This document shows, one piece after another, positions 10,339-19,307 of a DNA stretch of 48,137 bases. Numbering within the stretch: position 1 is the first letter of the stretch; every line of letters starts with the position of its first letter. This stretch comes from a virus (taxonomy: Duplodnaviria > Caudoviricetes): IMG/VR virus record IMGVR_UViG_3300011438_000004, positions 1 through 48,137 of that record. The stretch is one strand, 5' to 3'. Under the pieces are notes generated by a model. The model was not told where the DNA came from and made no database searches. It saw nothing but the letters and a program-made list of their open reading frames with translations. The position numbers and the translations under genes were made by a program.

Positions 10339-10992
10339 CTAACCTTCTTTTGATCCGTCGTGACCTGCCCAATCAAATTGAATAGGTTTGGGAGCCACTT
10401 CGTTAAGCCAGTATTGAATAGAAAGAAACGCACCTCCAAAAGGCCCAAGAGGACTTTTGTTAATATGTCCTCCGTGACTACTTGCAGCAGGTATTCGCAT
10501 CATCCCTCCGTTGCATTTGGTTCGTCCATATTCGTCGCGCGCAACAAACTCTTTAATTGTTATATTGACTAATCGACCAGTTCCATCGTCTTTTGTAAGT
10601 TCCATATCTCCAGCAACATAGACTTCGTAAGATTCTACATTTGGGTGTTTGTGTGAAGGTATTACCGCCTCAGATTTGAACAGATACATTTGAACTTGAA
10701 ATGGCGGACAACAAAACAATGTAATGCCCATACCAAGTTTGGTTTCTGTTACACCAAAATGCTGAGCGAAGTAAATGTTACCGTTTACCCAAGTTGTATA
10801 CCACGCAGCAAATGCAAGTAGCGGGTCTTTTGTTAGAAGACATTCTCTAACTGAGGTGTACACCTCAGGAATAGTGACTAAGTTTTCTTTTGCCGCTTCA
10901 ATAAAACGTTTGTGCAATCCTTGAATTGTATCTTCTTCTGGAGTGAGACGATATAGGATACGAATCGCATCTATTTGTTGTTCGGGATTCAT
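10339..10992 (-). CDS. Cupin-domain protein
   Basis: IPSHKHPNVESYEVYVAG and MRIPAASSHGG match the two cupin metal-binding motifs. Confidence 0.7.
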   Translation of the reverse strand: MNPEQQIDAIRILYRLTPEEDTIQGLHKRFIEAAKENLVTIPEVYTSVRECLLTKDPLLAFAAWYTTWVNGNIYFAQHFGVTETKLGMGITLFCCPPFQVQMYLFKSEAVIPSHKHPNVESYEVYVAGDMELTKDDGTGRLVNITIKEFVARDEYGRTKCNGGMMRIPAASSHGGHINKSPLGPFGGAFLSIQYWLNEVAPKPIQFDWAGHDGSKEG

Positions 10993-10995
10993 GAT

Positions 10996-11223
10996 TTATA
11001 AACATTTGGCTGTCGCTGCGGTCAGAGCCTCGAAGTGTTCGTGAGGATCAGCGTTGATAAGGTCGTAGTCGGTGACTATTGCTACACCGGCTTTGTTTTT
11101 CGGTAGGCGTTCGCCGACTAACTTACGAAGAGTGTTAAGATATATGACTTTGTCTACCTTAACATTATGACTATTGCGCAATTCATAGATTTCGTCAAGC
11201 GATATGTAGTATTCAGCACTCAT
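10996..11223 (-). CDS. Hypothetical protein
   Basis: 75-aa ORF coupled to the upstream gene. Confidence 0.55.
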   Translation of the reverse strand: MSAEYYISLDEIYELRNSHNVKVDKVIYLNTLRKLVGERLPKNKAGVAIVTDYDLINADPHEHFEALTAATAKCL

Positions 11224-12455
11224 TAGTTAGAACTGTTTTGTGATTTTAGGAACTCTTGTTCTTGTTTTAGTTTTAGGTGCGCTTCCTTGGTGAATAGCAC
11301 CATAGTTGTTATGTTTTTGGTTTTATGTTGAAGTGGCTGTCGAACTAGCTTGTCTGAGTTGACTAAATGATCTACTACTTGTCTGACCTCAGCTTCATTG
11401 CCATGAGCGAACATAGCAACATAGGCTTTTTTCTCAGCTAGGTGTCCGCCGGCTGCGCGGATTAGGTCAAATAGAGTAGATGCCATACCATTCAATTCAT
11501 TACGTCCTACGCCCTCAAAGACTCTTGATAGATTTTGTTCTACCATGTTAAGCAGACCCATAGCGAACTCTAGATGGTCTTTTCTTAGAACAAGTGCGGT
11601 TGATTCACTAAGCGAGATAAGCTGCGCGACCTTAAGAAGCTGAACATGTTTTGTTCTAAAGTAACCTAACAACATAGGGTCTTTGGTTGGAGGAACAAAA
11701 GCGTCATACCAATTTTTGAAATACAACTTAGCATCATCTTCCCAGCGAAATATACCGAAGACTTTTTTTAGTTCTTGTGCATATGCCATTGCTTCGTCCC
11801 ACGCTAGGCGCATTTCGTCAGTAACTTCAGGAAAGGCTATGCGTGCCGCTTCTTCGGATTCGTAGACAAATATCGCACGGCGGGAATAGCCACCTGAGAT
11901 GATGTCGTCACGAAGACGGGCAGTGATCCATGCAGGGGTGGTGCAACCTAGCATAGTTAGGTAAGGTTTGATAATAGTCTCGGCGCCGCGCTTGATAGTT
12001 CGATAAGTGTAGTCTCCGCGTTTATCAAATAATGTGGTTAGGAAATTTATCATTCCTTCTTTGGACGCGCCTATAAATTCCGACAATTCTGTAGCTAGTA
12101 TAGTCATCGGGGTGTAGACAAATGGTAGTCCTCCTTGAGGTGGAGTAAAAGCCATTTCGCACGTTTGCATCGCACCAATGATTGCTTCCTTGGTTACACA
12201 ATCCAATGCTATTGGTATGCCCTTCGCCTCTTCGAGAAAGCGTCCAGTGAAGTCCATAGCGGTTGATTTCCTTCCTCCGGGCGGAGCTACAAATACAACA
12301 TAAAGGTTGGTGTAAATATCAAAGTGCCCCATTTCCAGATGCACGCGCTTCGAGACCAGAGACGACAATGCAATCAATCCGGCCCACATAGCGTGGTTCG
12401 GATGGATTTCTGAGCATGAGGTAAAGGTCCGAAAGTTAGTGAGGAAGGAGTTCAC
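11223..12455 (-). CDS. DUF3987/YfjI-family P-loop ATPase (putative replication helicase)
   Basis: TNLYVVFVAPPGGRKSTA Walker A, ELSEF, LTMLGCTTP and GGYSRR are characteristic of DUF3987. Confidence 0.8.
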   Translation of the reverse strand: MNSFLTNFRTFTSCSEIHPNHAMWAGLIALSSLVSKRVHLEMGHFDIYTNLYVVFVAPPGGRKSTAMDFTGRFLEEAKGIPIALDCVTKEAIIGAMQTCEMAFTPPQGGLPFVYTPMTILATELSEFIGASKEGMINFLTTLFDKRGDYTYRTIKRGAETIIKPYLTMLGCTTPAWITARLRDDIISGGYSRRAIFVYESEEAARIAFPEVTDEMRLAWDEAMAYAQELKKVFGIFRWEDDAKLYFKNWYDAFVPPTKDPMLLGYFRTKHVQLLKVAQLISLSESTALVLRKDHLEFAMGLLNMVEQNLSRVFEGVGRNELNGMASTLFDLIRAAGGHLAEKKAYVAMFAHGNEAEVRQVVDHLVNSDKLVRQPLQHKTKNITTMVLFTKEAHLKLKQEQEFLKSQNSSN

Positions 12456-12458
12456 TAA

Positions 12459-12719
12459 TCAAGCGGAAGATTGTTTGACTTTGGTATAGAAATCGGCTAG
12501 ACCAGAAACTGGACCCTGACATTTACCAAGATAGTGAAGCATTCCAGCACCATTGTATTTGTATACGTGCCAAGGAGCGCGTATGTCTGACCTAAGTTTG
12601 GCTTGGTATATGTTTCCCTCTTTGAAGTGAGTATGCTCAGTTAAAAAGTCTCCTTCCTTTGGACCACCAACAAAAATTAGTATACTAATTTTTGAGTTTC
12701 TTTCTAGGGTCTGAGTCAT
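12459..12719 (-). CDS. Hypothetical protein
   Basis: 86-aa ORF in the operon; FVGGP..G motif. Confidence 0.5.
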   Translation of the reverse strand: MTQTLERNSKISILIFVGGPKEGDFLTEHTHFKEGNIYQAKLRSDIRAPWHVYKYNGAGMLHYLGKCQGPVSGLADFYTKVKQSSA

Positions 12720-13053
12720 AGTATGGATGCTCTGGGGGAAGGTTGCAGCAAGAGTTTCCTACGTGTTTTATCGCCATGCGAAGGGGTTCAACGACACCGC
12801 CATAGGACTTAGCTACTTGCTCGGCGTATTTGCGGACTTTGGTGCTAAACGGGCTACTGAGTCCGGGGGATTTTAGAACTGTTGATCTGTGTTTGTCCAT
12901 GACGACCCATAGGATTCCAGACTTTTGAAGCTCGGTATCGGTTATAAGGTTTAGTCGAGACTTTTCAACCTGCACTATATCCTCTTTTGTCGGCTTAGCG
13001 AACAGGATTGATTTGTCGAGGGAGGTTTTAGGATTGGTTCCGGGTTCTTGCAT
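12685..13053 (-). CDS. Hypothetical protein
   Basis: 122-aa ORF directly after the helicase gene. Confidence 0.55.
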   Translation of the reverse strand: MQEPGTNPKTSLDKSILFAKPTKEDIVQVEKSRLNLITDTELQKSGILWVVMDKHRSTVLKSPGLSSPFSTKVRKYAEQVAKSYGGVVEPLRMAIKHVGNSCCNLPPEHPYYDSDPRKKLKN

Positions 13054-13055
13054 GG

Positions 13056-14183
13056 TTAAATTGCGTAGTTAAGTTTCTTTGCTGCTCTAGTAATCGCTGT
13101 ATATCTCCACCTAGCCATGTCCCAGATTTTAGGTGGCATCCATTCGTCGATGACTAACACATGATCCCATTCGGAACCTTGCGACTTGTGAGCGGTGATG
13201 CAATATCCGAAGTCAGCGTAGACTAGTCTTTTGCTGATGTGTTCCTTATCTTCGATTGGACGGTAGAATGGATCAGCCCAAAGTTCTATCTCTCGGGTGA
13301 AGTTATAACCATCTATTCTAGCAGCAATAGTGTATGAACGCGCGCTTTCACTTACAATTCCTTCAACCCACATTAGCTGACCGTTGAACACTCCTGCTTC
13401 TTTGTTATTGCGAAGACATATTAGTTTCTCTCCTTCGTGCAAACCGTCTTGCATTGAGAATCCTAGGTTAGCTCGCACTCGCTGATTGATCTGCTGTCTA
13501 GTTTTGTTGCGGGCACAAATTATTTGGTTCGCTGATTGAAGCAATTCTCCTTTGAGAAGTTTGTTCTGAAAGATCAAGTCGGGCTCTTTGCTTCCAAACC
13601 TATTTGGCTGGTATCCTGCTCCGCCTTGACGCACCGCTGTGGCGAACGCGATGATCGGAGATTCTAGTGCTTGCCTATGAATCTGGATCAACGTATAGTT
13701 AGGATCGCGCATTAGATTTGGGTTTTCGCCTACAGGTTCTAGCTGACCTGGATCACCAATGAAGAGTAGTGGTATTCCGAAACCGCATAGATGTTGGTAA
13801 ATCTCGGTTGATACCATCGAGGCTTCGTCGACTATGATAAGATCGTAGTCTAGATGTTCTTTAAGATTGAATGTAACCTCGTGGGTTAGTTCGTTCACTT
13901 CAACATAGTATATAAGCGAATGAATAGTCGAAGCTCCAACACCCTTGCGATTAAGAACATCTGCGGCTTTGCCAGTGAATGCGCATACAGCGACAGAACG
14001 AAACGTCTTGTCTCGAAGAATGTGCCGGATCATAGTAGTCTTACCAGTGCCCGCATAACCACCTAATCTAAAGATGTTTGGACAACCTGGAACGCGAGCA
14101 TTTTCATACCAGTCTTTTATGAACCCGAGCGCAAGAGTTTGTTCGGGAGATAGCTCGATATCTAGAGAGTTTAGTTCGTGCAT
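13056..14183 (-). CDS. SF1B RecD/Dda-like DNA helicase
   Basis: GYAGTGKTT, AFTGKAA, STIHS, IVDEASM, GDPGQL, IHRQA, TAHKSQGSEW, YTAITRA. Confidence 0.92.
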   Translation of the reverse strand: MHELNSLDIELSPEQTLALGFIKDWYENARVPGCPNIFRLGGYAGTGKTTMIRHILRDKTFRSVAVCAFTGKAADVLNRKGVGASTIHSLIYYVEVNELTHEVTFNLKEHLDYDLIIVDEASMVSTEIYQHLCGFGIPLLFIGDPGQLEPVGENPNLMRDPNYTLIQIHRQALESPIIAFATAVRQGGAGYQPNRFGSKEPDLIFQNKLLKGELLQSANQIICARNKTRQQINQRVRANLGFSMQDGLHEGEKLICLRNNKEAGVFNGQLMWVEGIVSESARSYTIAARIDGYNFTREIELWADPFYRPIEDKEHISKRLVYADFGYCITAHKSQGSEWDHVLVIDEWMPPKIWDMARWRYTAITRAAKKLNYAI

Positions 14184-14335
14184 TTGTAAAATTTTGGTGG
14201 ATTATCTTTAATGTGCTTTTCTAATTCTTCATATACTTTAGAATTTAACTCCTTTAGTTTTTCAAAGTATTCGCGTAGTTCTCCCATACTAACCGAACGA
14301 AGCATTTGATACAGTTCGTTACATTCATTCGACAT
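14171..14335 (-). CDS. Small hypothetical protein (54 aa; not in ORF track)
   Basis: MSNECNELYQMLRSVSMGELREYFEKLKELNSKVYEELEKHIKDNPPKFYKCTN fills the gap between polA and the helicase. Confidence 0.5.
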   Translation of the reverse strand: MSNECNELYQMLRSVSMGELREYFEKLKELNSKVYEELEKHIKDNPPKFYKCTN

Positions 14336-14340
14336 AAATT

Positions 14341-17169
14341 TTATATCTTGCCCGCTTTCAAATCGCCCCAGCTTGTGCCATAGGCGCCTTCAAACGGAAT
14401 TGTTATTAGTTGATCTGCAATTGTGATTGGATTGTGCATAGCGTATCGAATACGCTCAAGGCAGTAGTCGGTTTCGCTAATAGGAAATTGACCATTCAAC
14501 GCGTCGTGAACTTGATGCAAAGGCTCGACTATCAAACCATATCGACGGCCATAGTCCCTATTCTTTGGATCGTTCCACAGCTTTAGCACTCCCAGATCAG
14601 TTACATAGGTAGTATTATGCTGAGGCTCGTGAGCTAATGCGTTGCGTAGCGTCTCCTGATTGATTCCAGTCCCATCTTTAATTCGACCAAAGAACCTTCT
14701 TGCTGATCCACTAGCCGCTATCAACCTTCCGTGCGTAAGTAGTTGATTCTCTACCCAATAATGCCAGCGTTCTACTCCAATGTAACGAGACAAATACAAA
14801 GCTCTTAACCTTCCACAAGTTCTAGGTGGCACATAAATCGGATCACCTAGAAACTTATACGAGTCCTTCAAAATGATGTTGCTAACAGTATCTTCCTGTG
14901 CGCCATAATTTGTGCCGTGCTGCACTCGCTTTGAAGCAAAGTATAACCACCCATCAGGATCGACTTGCTTACCAAGGTGAGCTAGGTCTGCGCGAGATAA
15001 ACTATTGATGTATCTAGCCACCTCATGCATCATCCGGTCCATTTCCTTATCGGACATTTCACGCTGAGAATTAGCTTCGAACCTAGCCTTCTCATTCTCC
15101 ATTGTCAAATACATCTGTGCCACAATCTTCGCTGGCTTTAGACCAAACAAATAGTCGTCCAACATCGTCGGATCACCAAGTCTTTTGCAATGCGCTGCAA
15201 CTGTCCATCCATCAGCACCAGCTAGATCGCATTGAAAGAAGTGCATACCCGGATCAGCACGAAGAGTCCATCTATACTTCTTAGTTACAGTCTGCAAATT
15301 ATACCCCGATCCTGTTGGAGATTTGTAACACGCTAGTCTTCCAGTATCAGATCCAACCACGTTATATCCACATCGTATTCTCCCGTCTGGATCAACCTTT
15401 GTATCAAGAATGTTTGCCGTATAAAGCAGCGACCTAATCTGCAAGATCAACTTACACACCTGATCCTGAGTCTTTCTATAGATCGTTAACAAAGCCGACA
15501 CATCGCTAGTTAACACCTTCGCTCCACTCTCGGTCTCATTATACTGACGCTCGAACCTCTTTCCATTAGGTTGCACATACAACCAATCAACCATCTGCTT
15601 AGACGAGTCAACATTCAACTCGATGTCTAGTAAATACTCAATCTCGCCCAAGGTCTCTAGACTAAACTCTCCTTCAAACCTACCTTCTTTGTCCATCTCC
15701 GCCAATCTAACCGCAGATTCCATCTTACCCTTCAGCGCGGCTCCGGGTAGTTGTCCAAACACCATGACGTAAGGAGCCTCTCTCTTTTTGCAGACGGCGC
15801 TACGAGCTAGCCTCAACAAATCCTCTTTAGAGCCGAGATACATTCGGCCTGAGGCTAAGTTCAACTGATGCTTTAGTCCCCAGAGTTTGTGTAGAACTTC
15901 TTTGCGTGCAGAGGCCGCGCCTACGGAATCGTAGTTAATGCCCCGAAGAGACATGAATAGTAGGGGGTCGAGTAGATTAAGATTGAACTTAAAATGCTCT
16001 AGTGATTTGGGATGTTCAGCTAGTCGCGCGGACTGAACCTGTCGAATCTCTTCGGTTACAGCAGAGTCTTTGCAACAGTATAGTTCTCGAGTTGAAAGGT
16101 CCTCGTCTTCACGTTCTTCTTTCCAATACGGCTCTCTTGTATATATTGACGCTTGAAGCCCTAGGTTTTTGTCCAACTCGCAGAACAACTCCCAGTGCCC
16201 AAGCATGGTGTCCCAAGCTACGTTGGATATGAGAATTTTGTATTGATAGGCGAGGACGAAACGGTCGTAGAGGGAATTTTGTAGAACCTTCGGTATGAGA
16301 GGGTCTGTAAGGATCCGACTAACTGCCACCCATATTCCGAGTTCTTCATCCAGGGACCAGTGGGAATCGAACTCACCACTGGTAATCGGAACAACGAAGC
16401 CCTCGGTCGGTGAGGTCGCAAAAGAGAAACGTGTAACTCTGTTCCAGTAACCTTCAAGGTCAAACGAGACCCAAACTGGAGGCCCTTGTTGTCTAGCTCG
16501 CTCAACAATATCGCCCAGCGCGCGAATGATCGTTGAGTAAGAACAACCAACCAAGAGGTTTCGTTTAGGTAAATCGAGAGCAGGACTGGTGGCTTCGATC
16601 CGCGACTTAGACAAATCAAGGCGGAGTAGTGGGGACCAATCGTATTTGCGTAGAACGCCTGCCGGATGGATTGAAGGTAGGCATTTACGTCCGGCAAAGG
16701 GAGAGTCATAGTTAGATTGTAGTAAAGAGCCCCGCCAAGCAGTGATCGAGCGGAACTCTCCGCAGGCGGCGCGAAGGGCGTATTTGCCCAGCAGGAGGAT
16801 TAGGTTCGGGTTGAAGGTTCGGATGTCGTTTGTTAGACGGTCGAGCGATTCGGTTATTTCTGGTCCGTTCCATTTGAAGTAAGATAGTTTGTTTTCTGGA
16901 GGTTGATAATTGCAGATGTTACCAACAAAGCAGGCGCGACGGTCTATTCCGTGCGCCGCGAGAAGCTGGTTTAGGAAATGACCTGAGGCTCCAACGAATG
17001 GGTGACGTTGTTTGGTTTCGTTATCGCCCGGAGCTTCTCCGACTATGGCTAGACGGTAGGGCGCGTCAATCGTGGGAAAGACGTTGGGAACAAGCGTGCC
17101 AGTAGGAATCAAGCTAGGAAGCTGGTTGTCTACTGCTTTAAGAAAAGAGTCAGGAAGGTTTATTGCCAC
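14341..17169 (-). CDS. polA: Family A DNA polymerase with N-terminal family-4 uracil-DNA glycosylase and 3'-5' exonuclease domains
   Basis: UDG: VGEAPG..PFVGASG..N..PPEN..HPAGVLR. Exo: FDLEG, QNSLYD, YCCKD. Pol: TGRL, NLQT, CDLAGADG, KRVQHGTNYG, VHDA. GTG 17169 is preferred as start over 17274 because of the overlap with the upstream ORF. Confidence 0.93.
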   Translation of the reverse strand: MAINLPDSFLKAVDNQLPSLIPTGTLVPNVFPTIDAPYRLAIVGEAPGDNETKQRHPFVGASGHFLNQLLAAHGIDRRACFVGNICNYQPPENKLSYFKWNGPEITESLDRLTNDIRTFNPNLILLLGKYALRAACGEFRSITAWRGSLLQSNYDSPFAGRKCLPSIHPAGVLRKYDWSPLLRLDLSKSRIEATSPALDLPKRNLLVGCSYSTIIRALGDIVERARQQGPPVWVSFDLEGYWNRVTRFSFATSPTEGFVVPITSGEFDSHWSLDEELGIWVAVSRILTDPLIPKVLQNSLYDRFVLAYQYKILISNVAWDTMLGHWELFCELDKNLGLQASIYTREPYWKEEREDEDLSTRELYCCKDSAVTEEIRQVQSARLAEHPKSLEHFKFNLNLLDPLLFMSLRGINYDSVGAASARKEVLHKLWGLKHQLNLASGRMYLGSKEDLLRLARSAVCKKREAPYVMVFGQLPGAALKGKMESAVRLAEMDKEGRFEGEFSLETLGEIEYLLDIELNVDSSKQMVDWLYVQPNGKRFERQYNETESGAKVLTSDVSALLTIYRKTQDQVCKLILQIRSLLYTANILDTKVDPDGRIRCGYNVVGSDTGRLACYKSPTGSGYNLQTVTKKYRWTLRADPGMHFFQCDLAGADGWTVAAHCKRLGDPTMLDDYLFGLKPAKIVAQMYLTMENEKARFEANSQREMSDKEMDRMMHEVARYINSLSRADLAHLGKQVDPDGWLYFASKRVQHGTNYGAQEDTVSNIILKDSYKFLGDPIYVPPRTCGRLRALYLSRYIGVERWHYWVENQLLTHGRLIAASGSARRFFGRIKDGTGINQETLRNALAHEPQHNTTYVTDLGVLKLWNDPKNRDYGRRYGLIVEPLHQVHDALNGQFPISETDYCLERIRYAMHNPITIADQLITIPFEGAYGTSWGDLKAGKI
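15799..15817 (-). repeat. Dispersed motif copy 3, GTTGAGGCTA-GCTCG-TAGC (inside polA, reverse orientation)
   Basis: + strand reads GCTACGAGCTAGCCTCAAC; perfect consensus on the - strand; skew flips mid-gene. Confidence 0.88.
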
Positions 17170-17374
17170 GTAAAAAGAGTGAAGCTGGTGTGTGGTCAAA
17201 TACAGTGTTAATCTTGTTCTCGATAGACGCTTGAAGCAAGAATGGCAGTTCGTCGAATTCGACCTCAGTGCCAATAGAAGCGTAGCGTTTACGTTTGACG
17301 ACAGACGATGGCCTGCCGCAGGTGAGACCTACGTCGTAGTCATAACCTTGGAATTCAATGGTGAATAGGGTCAT
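17150..17374 (-). CDS. Hypothetical protein
   Basis: 74-aa ORF, ATGA-coupled to the ParB-MTase gene. Confidence 0.55.
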   Translation of the reverse strand: MTLFTIEFQGYDYDVGLTCGRPSSVVKRKRYASIGTEVEFDELPFLLQASIENKINTVFDHTPASLFLRGNKPS

Positions 17375-18939
17375 TCAAGTTTTGGAGTTAATGGCGGTGG
17401 GGTGTAATGAACATGAACCTCGTATCTCTGTCCCGAGAACTGTTCTATAAGCGTCTTCGCCGTGTTGCGTAGAAACTCAAGATGGTGTTGGTCTCCTATC
17501 TCGCTAGCAAACCATCTCCGGCCTTTGCGAATAAACGCAGATACACCAGAACCGGAACCTACAAACGGTTCGTAGATCACGTGACTAGGGACTGAGATTG
17601 CGTCGACTATCCAAGACCAGAGTTCAAATGGTTTGGCGAACGGATGATCGAAGTCTTTGTCAGCTATAGTTTTTTGGACTACCCTCCAGTTAAGAGGTTG
17701 ATGCTCGATCAATGTTGATCCCGGCTTCCGCATGACGATAATGTCTTCGGTGGCTTTAGTGAAGTTAAACCCCGCGGCTTGGTTCATGCCTGAGACTTTG
17801 CACCATACATTAGTCCAACGTTGGACTGCGAATCCTGCTTCGGTTCCGAGGTCGACTAGCCAGCGAAAGTTCATTGCATCGCAGAACATGACTAGAAATC
17901 CTTTGTCTTTGATAGTTTTGAATGCGAGCGGGACAAACTTTTTTAGAAGTTCGATGTTGTCTTTGACTACATGTTCGTTGACTGTCTTCTCCACATCCAT
18001 ACCGGTGTTCTCTTGCTGAAGGTTCGCCATGTCGATAGCATACGGAGGATCGGTAACGATGTGGTTAACTGAATTAGGGTTAGCTGCCATCCAGACTAAG
18101 CATGACTCGTTGCGGTAGAAATTGTATAGGTTAATGTCGATCCTTTTGAGTTCGGGCTCAGTAAGAACTGGTTCAACTACAATAGGGACTAAACCACTTA
18201 GGTCAAGAATATTCGGTTGCGGAGCTTCGGTAGATATAGACTCTTGTTGTTCAGGCATCAAGAACTGACTAAGTGCATTAGCCAATGACTGACCAATTCC
18301 CGGAGGCAGGGCGCTAGACGCAAGTGGCGCGCCAGTCGAAGTCATATTGTTGAGGGCTAGTCCATTACCAAGAGATTGCGCAGCCAACATTCCTTCAGCT
18401 TGTCTCTGAAGTTGCTCCATTAGTTTCGTATACGCCGAGGTAACATCAGGAGACTTGGCCACTTCGCTCTCAGGGTTGTCGCGAATGTAACGTGCGACTG
18501 GAAGAATCTGTCCTACTCGTTGACGAGAGCGTCCGATCGAGATAGCGGTTTGAGTCTGTCCCCATTCTTCACCAGCAATAGCGGATTCTTGGGACCTGAG
18601 AAGATGGATGTCCAAAACTCCAAGAACATATTCTTGCCACTCCATGTCTTTGCGACGGATGTTTTCCTCAAGCTCCATTTCACGTAGATCAGCGGGAGTT
18701 GGAGTCTCGCGATGAACGTATTCGACTTGCTTAAAGCGTTCGTGTCCGAGGTCACGAAGAATTAGGTGCGCGAAGTATCGACGGCCGCCGAAGATTAGTT
18801 CGTTGTCGTGATTGAGTCCGATTGGTTGCAGTAGACCATAGCGAAGTATTGAGGCTGCGAGTTCGTCGAGGTCTCCGTAGTCAACCCGTTTGCGAGTTCC
18901 AACTCTGACTTGGTCTAGGTCTATGTGATTATGTTCCAT
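17371..18939 (-). CDS. ParB-N/HTH fused to an N6-A/N4-C DNA methyltransferase (beta-class order)
   Basis: LDELAASILRYGLLQPI..FGGRRY..ELEENIRR (ParB), HTH QTQTAISIGRSRQRV, then TDPPY (motif IV), HPFAKP and EPFVGSGS (motif I). Confidence 0.88.
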   Translation of the reverse strand: MEHNHIDLDQVRVGTRKRVDYGDLDELAASILRYGLLQPIGLNHDNELIFGGRRYFAHLILRDLGHERFKQVEYVHRETPTPADLREMELEENIRRKDMEWQEYVLGVLDIHLLRSQESAIAGEEWGQTQTAISIGRSRQRVGQILPVARYIRDNPESEVAKSPDVTSAYTKLMEQLQRQAEGMLAAQSLGNGLALNNMTSTGAPLASSALPPGIGQSLANALSQFLMPEQQESISTEAPQPNILDLSGLVPIVVEPVLTEPELKRIDINLYNFYRNESCLVWMAANPNSVNHIVTDPPYAIDMANLQQENTGMDVEKTVNEHVVKDNIELLKKFVPLAFKTIKDKGFLVMFCDAMNFRWLVDLGTEAGFAVQRWTNVWCKVSGMNQAAGFNFTKATEDIIVMRKPGSTLIEHQPLNWRVVQKTIADKDFDHPFAKPFELWSWIVDAISVPSHVIYEPFVGSGSGVSAFIRKGRRWFASEIGDQHHLEFLRNTAKTLIEQFSGQRYEVHVHYTPPPLTPKLE

Positions 18940-19129
18940 GTATTGTAGTGAGTTTTATATTAAGTGGATAAAGATTCCAGAATACTTCATCTGGGATTAG
19001 TTGGTTAAGGTATTTAATTATGTCACTAACATATCTAGTCTTTCTATTTTCTACTAAACGTGAATTTGTGTAAGTTCTAACTATATGTAATTGCTGCTCT
19101 TGGCATGTGTCGATATAAACAGTTGTCAT
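18929..19129 (-). CDS. Hypothetical protein
   Basis: 66-aa AT-rich ORF in the operon. Confidence 0.45.
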   Translation of the reverse strand: MTTVYIDTCQEQQLHIVRTYTNSRLVENRKTRYVSDIIKYLNQLIPDEVFWNLYPLNIKLTTIHGT

Positions 19130-19130
19130 A

Positions 19131-19259
19131 TTAGTGAAACTTGTAAATTAGTATACCTACTATTCCAATCAGCAAAAACAACAAAACTCCCACTGCCCAC
19201 GTAGCGCCTTCGAGTCCTGTTTGTGGAGTGGTATAAGCGATTGATGTAAAGTCTAACAT
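19131..19259 (-). CDS. Small single-TM membrane protein (42 aa; not in ORF track)
   Basis: MLDFTSIAYTTPQTGLEGATWAVGVLLFLLIGIVGILIYKFH; stop abuts the next ATG. Confidence 0.5.
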   Translation of the reverse strand: MLDFTSIAYTTPQTGLEGATWAVGVLLFLLIGIVGILIYKFH

Positions 19260-19307
19260 AAAAACTCCCGGAATTAACAAGGCAGCCGGGCCTGCACAGT
19301 TCGCCTA

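Noticed and set aside
17170-17274. N-terminal extension of PolA to 17274
   Set aside because: It overlaps 17150..17374 heavily and is not UDG-like; GTG 17169 is more plausible
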